From Psammoneis japonica (lineage: Eukaryota), in the NCBI GenBank assembly GCA_008632985.1, contig QPGO01000042.1, positions 372,001-436,000 of the forward strand: DNA of 64,000 bases, given 5' to 3'. This document shows positions 24,276 through 35,669 of this stretch, in pieces. Within the stretch, counting starts at the first letter, position 1, and the number at the start of each line of letters is the position of its first letter. The notes under the pieces are model-generated. The model did no database searches. It had not been told where the DNA came from and worked only from the letters and a program-made list of their open reading frames with translations. The position numbers and the translations under genes are program-made.

Positions 24276-24489
24276 TTTGTCAAAGGCAAATGGTTTTTGG
24301 CACGAATCATCATGTGCTTGCGGCGAAGCAAAGCGAATTGGTGCTGGCGTGTGGCATTTTCGTTTCGAAAATTTCAATGCTGTATTAGATCATGATTATT
24401 GAAAATTTATTGCTAAATTTCAAACTTCAATTTATATATGAATTTGTAACGCATATTTCATAGCAGATGATTGTCTACGGTTATTAAAG

Positions 24490-27400
24490 CAATTATTGGT
24501 ATTTTTAGTCATTGCCCAACGCCAATGGAGACCAGGACATTAAAAAAACGGGTGACAGCGCGCACGCGCAAAGAAATCCACAAAATTCCGATTCAAAACA
24601 CAACCAACCGTCACCTCCATGACCGTCAGTTTGTTGCGTCCGTCTCATCCCGTAGTCTGCATTGTTGCTGTATAACACATCATAACTCCACTTCATCCGC
24701 TATGGAGATAAAAGGCTGCTGATTACTGGCTTATCACTTTCTCCATAAAGATGGAATGTCGTTTGATGACTTATGCACCATTTTTCGGCACGGAGCGACA
24801 GTGCGTGGCAGGTAGAGACGACTCGTTTATTGTATGTTGACACCAACTGGCTTGTCTCGGAAATGTAGCAATCATATCAATGGACTTATCATTGGGAAGA
24901 GGCAGCAGTGTAAGTGGCAACCGTGTGCCTTGTTGCGTGCCAGCAGTTGTGTGTGTCTGCACTTGATCAATTGATCAACCAGCAATTGATTCACCTGTTG
25001 CTTTGGATACACTTCTTTGTTATCCCACGTAAGACATATGGAGTGGGCTTTGTTAAGAATTCAGACGTTGCCATGGATCAGAAGACTGTGTTTCTAAAGA
25101 ATCTTCCGTGTCAATGATGGCGCACTACTTGTTGCAGACAATGGTTTCATGGATGGCACACGTGACGTTGCAATTCCGGATGGCATATACGGGTGGCATA
25201 TTTCTTGGTTCAAAGCATGAGCATGGAGCAGACAGCGGCTCTTTACTTGGAACCACACTTGGCCGTTCCAACAGCATTGATGATGGCGCACCACTCGGTG
25301 CAGACAATGGATTCATGGATGGCGCACGTGATGGCACATCACTTGGCATTGCGGATGGCATAGGTGATGGTACATTACTTGGCACGGAAGATGAAATTGA
25401 TGATGGTGTAGCACTTTGACTTCAAATGGGGAGAGGAGTGTTGATAGAACCGCTGACCGTTTTATGGATGGTACCTCACTAGGTTTAAATGGTGTTGGAC
25501 GTGTTGCACTAGCAGATGGTGGCATTGGGCATGGTGTAGCCGGTGTTGGGTGTGTTGGACGTGTTGTACCAGTGCATGGCAGTGATCAAGATGATATCCT
25601 TGGACTGGACATTGAATGTATGAGTCGAAGACTTTCGGGTCCAGAACAACGTTCGAAGCGTAGCTCTGGATGGACCGAGTATTTAAAACGGGGCGGAACA
25701 CTAGACGACGTCATGTTTGGACCAACGAAGATCCAAATGACACCGTCTACCACATTGGATTCCTATTTTCTATCGCGCTGTGGTAAGCAATCACCGTGTC
25801 AATATCCCCACAGCAATGGCGTGGTACAAGAGGCGTTTCCTATAAGCCATGCTGCGAATGAATCTTCCAAGACAACGTACGTGGTGGACATTGAAACGTC
25901 AAGGATGGATTTTGCAATTTCCATTATTACAGAATTGGATGCTTTTCGGGATCCATGTGGTTAAATGAAGGAAGATCGATCTTGGTTCTGGGACTGTTGT
26001 GGCTTTGGCAAGGCGCCGGAAAACTCGACGAAGTACGAAGGCAAGGGAATTGACTCGGGCCAACAAGTCGGTGCAGTAGAGAGTAGATAAGACTCGGATG
26101 ATCCTAGTGACAGAATGTTAACAAGTGACAAACACACATGCTAAAGATGGATAGGTTTACTGTCCATGTCTCGGAGCTGTCGGGACATGTTTAACGTGGC
26201 ATCAAGGTCAACTCGACAGTGCCATGCCGTTGAACAATCGTGTGACACATGGCTTTCCAGGCTAATTTTATGCCCAAGCCTACACCATAAATGTGCATTG
26301 TTAATAACTGCTTCTTTTTACTGACAATAAGAGAGTTGTTTTGATCTTGTTGTATCTAACAACCTTGTCACCTGCCATTCTCGTAACCGCTTGATGTTAT
26401 GGAGGCTTTTGACATTTCGGATCTTTCAATCACGTGTTCAATTCGGTACACACTCGACAATTCCAGGGGCATTAAGTTGTTGCGTTTCCTCGCCCGCTCC
26501 AATAAATTCGCCTCGTGCAAGACACAATCAAAACAAGAATATGAAGCCACCAGCAGCCCATGCTCCCACCGGTGCAATCACGGTTTCAATTCCGTACACA
26601 CTCGACAACTCCAGGGCGTTGAGTTGCTGCGTTTCCTCGCCCGCTCCAATAAATTCGCCTCGTGCAAGACACAATCAAAACAAGAATATGAAGCCACCAG
26701 CAGCCCACGCTCCCACCGGTGCAATCACGGATTCAATTCCGTACACACTCGACAATTCCAGGGCGTCGAGTTGTTGCATTTCCTCGCCCGCTCCAACACA
26801 TTTGCCTCATGCAAGACGCAACCGAAACAAGAATATGAAGTTGCTAGCAGCCCACGCTCCCCATCTACGCCATGCCCATTGCCACCCACGCCACCATCTG
26901 CTGGTGCAACACATCCAACGCCGACTGGTGCGCCGCACCCAATGCCAAATGCACCACCATCTGCCAGTGTAACACGTCTAACACCGCCTTGATTGCTGGC
27001 AGTGCACACGCTCCAACCGCCTCGACCAGCGCAGCAGCCACACAGGCTCCCACCGCCACCAGTGCCAGCAGAGTAACCAGGCTACCACTGCCACCAGTGC
27101 CAGCAGCACACAGCACAAGAGCAGGCACCGCAAGAAGATAGAAGGATCCAACCACCTCGATTGCTGGCAGTGCACACGCTCCAACCGCCTCGACCAGTGC
27201 TGGCAGCCACACAGGCTCCCACCTCCACTGGTGCCAGCAGCAACCAGGCTCCCACTACCACCAGTGATGCCGTCCACAAATCCATCAGCTGCACCGACTG
27301 CGCACAACCTCCCAGTCCAACGGTGTGGGTCCACTGACAAGATTGCTTTGTTTCCGAGACAAGCCAATTGGCGTCATCCATCATCTGAAACAAGCAACAC

Positions 27401-28105
27401 ACCAGCAACTGCGTGACTCCATCATCTGTTCCGAGCAGGGCGCTGTCGTCGACACTGTCGGAACCACCAGGTGTGGTCCCAAGTCCATGCTCATACTTTG
27501 AACCAAGCAATGTGCCATCGGTTTCTCACAAAATCACAAGTGTCGACACAGAAGATTCTTTAGAAACGTAGACTTCTGACCCAAGGCAACAAATGAATTC
27601 TTAACAAAGCCCGCTCCACACGTCACACGTGGGACACTTGTGTTAGAAGCAAAAGACAAAACAGGTGATGGTTGCCACTTGCGCCACTGCCTCTTCCTGA
27701 TGGCATGGGTCCACTTGCACGATTCATGTGTTTCCGAGATGTGCCAGTTGGTGTCAACATGCAACAAACGAGTCGTCTCTGCCACATGCCACAACATGCA
27801 CCGTCGCTCTGTGCCGCAAAGCAGTGCATGAGTCATCAACCGATGTTCCTTCTTTCTCGAGAACGTGACACACCAGTGATCGGCAGCCTTTCATTCCCAC
27901 AGCATGTGAAATGGGGTTCTGATGTGTCAAACAGCAACAATGCAGACCACCGGGATGAAACGGACGCAACCAACTGACAGTCATGGTGACGGTTGGTGTT
28001 TTTGAATCGGGAATTTTTGGGATTTCTGTGCGTGTGCGTGCTGTCACCCGTTTTTTAAATGTCCTGGTCTCCATTGCACACAAAGTGCGATGCTAAAGAT
28101 GCCTT
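24490..28105. repeat. Large inverted duplication (arms ~24490-25575 and ~26860-28105) of a degenerate PS/PT-repeat secreted-protein gene and its 3' flank
   Basis: caatggagaccaggacattaaaaaaacgggtgacagc and gctttgttaagaattca occur in both orientations. Relic peptides include PSDVPSRAPSMNP and PPSASATRPTP. Confidence 0.85.
26437..26860 (+). repeat. Tandem repeat, three copies of a ~147-bp unit
   Basis: ttcaatt..gtacacactcgacaa...aaacaagaatatgaag starts at 26437, 26585 and 26732. Confidence 0.9.
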
Positions 28106-28333
28106 TCAGTCGTGCCCGAAACCTGGAGCCAGCCAGCTTTGGCAGAACGCACGCACCATTCCTCCTCCCCTCCTTGCATGGTCTCAGTGGGCAGTTCAAA
28201 ACTGAAGTTACAACATCACATGTCACCTCTCTGCTCATGCTCTTCAGTTCTTTTTTACCCTCTGCATGGACACCTCTTCCCACCCCATGTCTGCAAAAAA
28301 CAATGTTTGCTCTGTGTCATGACAACACACATC

Positions 28334-28593
28334 GGCCTGTTCCAGCTCCAGGTGCTCCGCTTGGGTTCGATTCCCATCATTTGGAAATTTGTGCATTTGG
28401 CGCAATTGACTTTTTCCAAATCCGTTTTTTGCCAAATCGAAGGGTGAGTGTACACTTTGCATGTATTTTTGGTTGTACACTCACCTTTCGATTTTCGAAA
28501 CGATCAAAATTGAAGGAGTTGATTGCGCTAAACTGCGCAGAAAATCGGCCTCTCGCGTGATGAAAAGCAGATCACCTGGAGCTGGAACAGGCC
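28334..28593. mobile_element. 260-bp fold-back / MITE-like element
   Basis: Perfect 21-bp terminal inverted repeat GGCCTGTTCCAGCTCCAGGTG (28334-28354 / 28573-28593). Nested internal inverted repeat aaatcgaagggtgagtgtaca / tgtacactcacctttcgattt. Confidence 0.7.
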
Positions 28594-31500
28594 CATCATG
28601 CTGCTCCTTGTGCACCCCTCCTCTGCTCCTGCAACAAAGCTGTTTCAACACCTGCCCTTGTGCTTTCCCTCGTGTCTCTGCTTCTGCTCTTTGGCTCTTT
28701 CTCAGTTTAAAAACATGGAAGGGACCATGTGGTTCATGATGTGGAGAGAAAAAAAGAAAGATGAGTGAGAAATGACTGCACAACCAAGGAGAGGAGGATG
28801 TCCAACAAGCTTCTTGTGTGCGGTGGTGGTGGCTGTGCAGCTGAAAAAAGAAAGAGACCAACAAGAGCAAACCTGTGGATGAGAATGCTCCAGCTGGAGG
28901 GAGACATTCTGGCGAGGAAAAAGCAAAGATTCTGCCACTTGTTGGGAAGAGAAAGGCAGAGAAGATAGAAAAAAGAGCTGTTGGCTGGCTTCTGGGAGGT
29001 GCCATCTCCCACCCACAATCTTCGACAGTGGGGGCAGGGTTTGTTTGCTCAATTGATCACACCGGAACAAGCAAAACTTCTTGCTGACTGATCTGTTGCT
29101 TCTTAAACTCATGAGAAGTTCAGTCTGCATCAGCTGCTGCCAAGCTTGAAAAGAAGACCACCTCACATGTTCACATGGCAGCAGTGGGAGCAGCACAGAG
29201 CAGCTGGCTTTGTGGCTCGGGGAGCTCCCCAAACCAGGTCTCCAGAGGCAAGCCCTCCAGGGTGGTGCAAAGTGCAAACAGTTGACAGGCATCAGTTGGT
29301 GCCTGTTTTTTTGTTGCCCTTGAGTTTCCTTTGGAGGATTGGACTCTGACATGGTGCCCAAAAGCTCACCAGCACATTCAGCCAGCAGCAGCACCAGTGT
29401 TGTTGTCACTTGGCACACTGCCACACTTCCATGCAAAATTCTTCACAAAAACCTGTCAAGACAAGGCAATGGCGATGCTCCTGTTGTGCCCACGGTTGTT
29501 TTTGGCACCACTTGAGCACCCCTGTTTGCCTGTGCCACACTTCCCACAGCACTGCACTGTGCTGCCATCACTCCCTCCTGTTGTTTTGGGTTCACAGAAG
29601 GCATTGTGTTTGCAGCTCATTTTCAAGGGGTCAACTGTTGTTGAAACAATCTTCACAACCACCACATGCAGTGCTGCATTTCTCCACATGTCACATGACT
29701 TTCTGCTCATGTTCTCATTGCCACTCTGCAACTCCCTGTGGCAGCAGTTTTTTTTTTCAAATGCCACCAGCTGCCAAGTTGACAATGCCAACAACTCAAG
29801 ATGTGGCCTTGTTGTAAAAACACCATTTCAAACACAAAGCTTGCTCAAAAAATGCAAGTGCCTTCCCAGCATGTTGAAGAGCAAATCAACATCCCAAAGT
29901 CAGTTGGCACACCCTGACTTCATGAACCAAGACAGACACATCCTTTGACCCAGCAATGTCAGCTTGAAAGCAACGGCGCAATTCTGTCCACCAGAAAATG
30001 TACATTGTGTTTGCTCAACAATGGTTGATGGCAACAGCATTGACACCACCACTGTTGTCCTCATTGACTGGCTCAAGGGGGGTCATGCTGCTTTCCAAAG
30101 AAGCAACCCTTGATGCGCTGTTTCTTCAAAGAGAGTCACATCCCTGGCATTGCCATGTGCAGCATTTCCTTTGATGGATCATGTGGACAAACACTGTCAG
30201 CATTGCTGCCACCAGAAACCTCTGCTTTGGAGCTTGAAGTGCCAACCTCAGCTCTGTCAACTTTGCCAGCAGCGTGCACAGTTTAGCTCACTTTTTCTCC
30301 CAAGCCACAAAGGCAAATGTGGAAGACATTGCCATTGTGCCACCCGGCACCAAGAAGTTTGCTTGTGCACTGGGGGTCTGATGTGCAAATGTCAGCTTTG
30401 CTTGCACCCATTTTTGCAAGTGCACTGGATCCCAGGAATGTGCTGCAGACTTGACATGGAGAAACCAGGGCATCTGCACCCAGCAGAGCACCTTCCAAAT
30501 TTTCTCAATTTCTGCAAAGAGTCCAGATCAGAATCTCCAACACATCACCCAAGTGGCAACATGGAAAAAGAAGAGTCACAGGATCAAACAGCACATTGCA
30601 CAAAAAAGCCATGCATCAGAATGCTGGCAGCACCACCAAGAAATGCAATGGATCTGGGGCACACTCCAGCTCTGGACAGGACCTCGCAGCACTGGGCTGC
30701 AACAGAATGGTTTTTGATCATCCTCAATGCAGAAGCTGCACACACATCATTTCTGCATGCACTCTTTTACAAAGCTGTTTTGTGTGCTGCCACCATTTTG
30801 GGAAGCTGACAGAGTTTTGTTTCAATCATTTCTGAGAAGAACAAAACCAAGCTGGCTGCATGTTTTGCGACATGCATGAAGAGCACAACTGAGCACACCA
30901 TGAGAAACAACACACACACACTCACCTCAAGTGCACATTGATGACTTGCTCAAGATTGCAAAATTGTGTCTTTTTCCATTGGCAGTCATTGATTGTCATT
31001 TGTTTCCCAGTGACTTGTCACATGTGGTGTCACAACCAGGGTTGGAGAGCAATGAGCAAAGGGGGCACCCCCTCTTTCACAGCAAGAGGGCATCTTTGCC
31101 AGCCCCATGGCTGACAACATGGTGCGACAAAAGCGCCCATCAGCACCATGCTCACAACTCCCAACAGCACTCATGTCATTTCTCTCACCTTGTGAGCTGA
31201 TGTGGAGCCACACCCACTTGTAAAATGGACTCAGAGGTGTCTCCAGGTCCTTTTGAGGTCCAAGAAAAAGAACAAAGAATGCAGTCCACAATGCCTTGTC
31301 AATGCCTTGGCTTGGGTGAAGAAGTTTTCACAATCAACAGAAGCCAAAATGGATTTTTGCCCACATTGTCCTGGCACAACCAGCTTCTTCAAGTCCAAAG
31401 TCAGCAGAGTTGTTTGTGTCACATCATCATTGGCGGCAACACACAACCCTCAAGAACCCCCAGCCAATGCATGGCACTCTCTTTTGACAGCATTGACTGC

Positions 31501-32586
31501 ATTTCCAAGCCTTTCATTGGCAGTCATTGCCTGGGTGCAATGGGTGTGACATGAAATTTGGCAGGGATGCTGGCGGTGCCTCACAACAATGTGAGAAAGT
31601 GTGCTCAACACACACAAGTTCTGCGCGCCATTTTTGCAGCATGTCTCCCCATGCTCAAATCCATGAGCACCTTCCATTGCAAAGAAAAATGAATCTCACT
31701 GTGTAGAAGAAAAAGCTGCTGTGCAATCAAGAGAGAGCAACACTTTGAGATTGGAGTTTGCAGCTTTGTCAGAACAGCCCATGTGTGTCTCCCCCCTCCT
31801 GTGCCCTGCTCCCAACCAGACCAGAGACAGGTGGGCAAGATGACAGATGGGGTTTGGGGCTGACACCAGCACTTTTACAAAGACCAAATTTGCAAGCAGT
31901 CCTTGCACACAAAATGGCACCCAACATCTTTTGAAGGCTGTGGTGGGGCTGAGCACAATTTGCACTGTGGTGTTCGAGCACAAAACATGCCAAATTTTGA
32001 GTTGTGCCTCAGCCACTTTTTGGTTGGGATGCCATTGACTCCTGACCAACCAGCTCACTGTTGTTTTCTCACATTTTGAGGTCATTAAAACCAAACATTT
32101 GAGTGCCAGCTGCTTTTATCTTGCAGCTGTTCACCTGAGTCTGTGCACACAGCATGATGTGGCACTTCTTTCCATTGAGAAATGTCGGGTTCTGTGCACA
32201 GTGTGGCTCATTGTAAACAGTGCACACAACTGGATTTTGTGCTTTTTGCAAGCAGCACTCACTTTCAAACTGGGGCAAACTGGGGACCAAACAACTCAAC
32301 CTCCTTGACTCCACCCCTGACAAGGGCAATCACATGATGCAAAAAGCCCATGCTTTTGCTGTGCTGTTGTTAAAAATTGGTGCCTGACAATGAAAATCTC
32401 TTCAGCTGAAATGTCCTGCATGGTCATTTGCAGCAGAAGCTGCTCAGAGAATGGTCGCTGAGCCTGGGATTGTTGTTTGCCTGAAGTGATCAAGGAACTC
32501 ATTCAATGTCCACAATCAACTTTTCATTTTCCTGCCATTGAGCTTCTTCCTGAGAAAAAATCCCTTTCTTTTTGTTTTTTGCTCAT

Positions 32587-35360
32587 TGCACCAGACCATT
32601 TGTGGGCCACAAGTCCTGTTGTTAAATTGATCAGAGAGGAGCATGATGGAGATGATGCTGATGAGACACATTTTGTGACACTCACATGGATGTCACTGAG
32701 TCTTGGTTTGTGGGTGATGAACATGTCCAAAAGAAGCCCAAGAACATTGCTGGGATGTTCTTCTCTCCAAAGTTGATGAGTTGATGTGATGCCAATCACT
32801 CCATTGTCAATTGTTTCATTGTCACCCCACATTTGTGAAGACAATGGGACATTGATGGAAGCCTCGTGCACCAGCCACACTGGTCAGACTGTGCGCAGAT
32901 GATGGTCAGGCACTTTTGAGATGGTCGAAATCATGTCTCTGAGATCTTCTCTCACTCTTTCTCACTGGTGCACATGTTGCCCACTGCTGCTGGTTTGCAG
33001 GGATGAGCTCTTCAGCAGCATGTCACTGCTCTTCTTGCCACCACCATTGCACCCAGTTGAATTTTCAACTGGTTGCCCAACGTCCATGTCCCACATGCTC
33101 CTGCTTTGTTGTCTGTTCTGTTGGTTTCTTAACCCAACAAACTGCCTTCATTTGACAGACATCATCTGCCACCACCTCTCGCCCCCACTTTGTCCAAACT
33201 CACCTCACAGCATGCATTGCTGCACAGCAAAGTTGGGCTGGCAACCCTGCCCTGAAGTTTGTGCACAGTTGTTGCACAGTTGTTGTGCTGTTGCACAAAA
33301 CTGGGAACTGGGTCATTTTCATCCTCTGGCTGAATTTTGGAGTTCTCTTGTTGGTGAAACCCATCACAGGGACTGGAAAATTGATGAGAACACATGCATC
33401 TCTCCTTGGAGTCACATGCAAAACAGACATGTTCTCTTCCTGCTGCCTCTTTTTCTCATGTTTCCTCAAAACAATGGACCCCATTTGTGAAATGCAGGCT
33501 GACCTCACCCAATGACCATCAACCCTCATGAATTCCAAATCATCCATGGAAATGCCCCCCCATCAGCTTGACTCCCTTAAAGAGCCTGCAGTGTCACCAG
33601 CTTTTTTTCTCCACATCCTCATTGAAGCTCATCATCAAAGAGGGGGTGGCCACATGGCAAAGCTTGAGAAGTGGGTCCACACACATGCCTCTGGGCAGGG
33701 CACAAACAAAATGTCCTTGGGCAGCTCATCTTGAAAATCCAAATGCTCCCACCTGGTGCCCCACTTTTTCCACTTGAGAGGTTGCTGCTTGTGCCTGTGG
33801 GTTGCAACATTGCAGGTCAGAGGTTGCTGAGCAAGGGATTTTGAGTGGGTCCCCTCTGACACCTTCTTGAAAAAGGTTGGCCTGGTGTCAGGACTCATCT
33901 GACCACAGTGGATGAAAACACTGCTGAGTCATGTCTTCAGCTGCACCAGCTTGCTGAGACAAATGCAAGACAGAGCATGTTGTGTTGACAAAACAACAAA
34001 ACATGTGATGTCAAGAGCTCTTCTCTCACTGCACCAGACCATTTGTGGGCCACAAGACCTGTTGTCAACTTGATCAAAGAGGAGCATGACAGAGATGATG
34101 CTGATGAGACACATTTTGTGACACTCACATGGGTGCCACCAAGGAGTCTTGGTTTGTGGGTGATGAACATGTCCAAAAGAAGCCCAAAACATTGCTGGGA
34201 TGTTCTTCTCTCCAAAGTTGATGAATGTGATGTGATGCCAATCACTCCTTTGTCAATTGTTTCATTGTCACCCCATGTTTGTGAAGACAATGAGACATTG
34301 ATGGAAGCCTCGTGCACCAGCTTCACTGGTTCATTCTCTCTGCTCCAGCCAGCGGAGAGACTCCACCACTCTCTGCTAGAGAGCAGCCACCACAGACCAC
34401 AGCAGAGAGCAGCTTGGTGAATTTGCAGATGCTGCATCAAAAACAAAGGGGCAAGATCACTGCTGACAAGAGAAACATGACTGCTGTCCTCTGGAGGGAA
34501 AAAAGTGGAGTCCACGACTTGATGCACATTGTGCATGTTCTTTAAGAACAGGGTATGACAGATTGCATCATGAGCACCCAGCACATCCAACCAACCCAGT
34601 CTCTTGTGGATGCCAGCCTTGTGGTCACTTGACATGTCCCTGGTGCTGTTCACCTGAGCAATGACCTTGCCAAGGCTCTTGGGTCAATGCTGCATGCCCA
34701 CCATGCCTGTTGGATGATGGGTCGTTGCTTCCATTGAGTTGCTGTTCTGCCTTTTTTTGGCACCTGCAAAATTGCCCTTTGTTGTTGTGTTGTGCCTGAC
34801 TCCTTCAAGAGTCATCTGGTTTGATTTGCACTCCCTTTGGTTGACTGCCACCTTCCCTTTTCATTCTGTCTGTGATCTGCTGTGAGTTGTCTGCATCAGA
34901 TGCTCTGGATCAGGGGAGAGTGCCAGCTGACCAGGTCTGCTGCACACAGTCAGACTGTGTGCAGATGATGGTCAGGCCCTTTTGAGATGGTTGAGGTCAT
35001 CTCTCTGAGATCTTCTCTCACTCTTTCTCACTGGTCCATGTGTTGTCCACTGCTGCTGGTTTGCAGGGATGAGCTCTTCAGTGTGTTGCTGCTCTTCTTG
35101 CCACCAGGGTTGCACCCAGTTGAATTTTCCACTGGTTGCACAACATCCATGTCCCACATGCTCCTGCTTTGTTGTCTGTTCCGTTGGCTTCTTAACCCAA
35201 CAAACTGCCATCATTTGACACACATCATTGGCCGTCTTTGTCCCAATTCTCATTCCTGCTTGGTGTTCCCTTCCATCCATGCATCTCCACCACCTCCCAC
35301 CCCCACTCTCTCCAAACTCACCTCACAGCAGCACACATTGCAGCAAAGTTGGACTGGCAA
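32587..35360 (+). repeat. Dispersed direct duplication: 32587-~33245 recurs as 34030-34321 plus 34944-~35360, with a ~620-bp extra segment in the second copy
   Basis: tgcaccagaccatttgtgggccacaag and cagactgtg..cagatgatggtcagg are shared. Duplicated ORFs read MVE.(M/I)SLRSSLTLSHW. Confidence 0.85.
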
Positions 35361-35669
35361 CTGGCAACAAAAATCCCAAACGCAGAGAGGCAGACTTTTG
35401 TCAGCAAGCAGCCATGGCTGGGGAAGTCCCCCGATTTTGTCCAGCTGGAATGCATTGGGAGTAAAATCCACTTCCAACAATGGCTCCAGTCCATGTGGAG
35501 CCACTCACCACACATTGACAAGCCTGTGGTGAAGTTGCACTTGCATCCAGTGGCATCTTGCTGCAACAGACTTCCATGTTGAATGTCGATTTCAATGCTC
35601 TTGGTTCAGGCAATTGCACTGACAAACACTCAGACAACATAAATCGTGAGACATGGAAACTCGAAACTG

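Noticed and set aside
26437..26860. CRISPR-like array or nucleosome-length satellite
   Set aside because: There are no unique spacers. It is three near-identical 49-codon units inside a degenerate gene.
28360..28376. GGTTCGATTCC B-box / tRNA T-arm match
   Set aside because: No convincing cloverleaf or A-box at suitable spacing.
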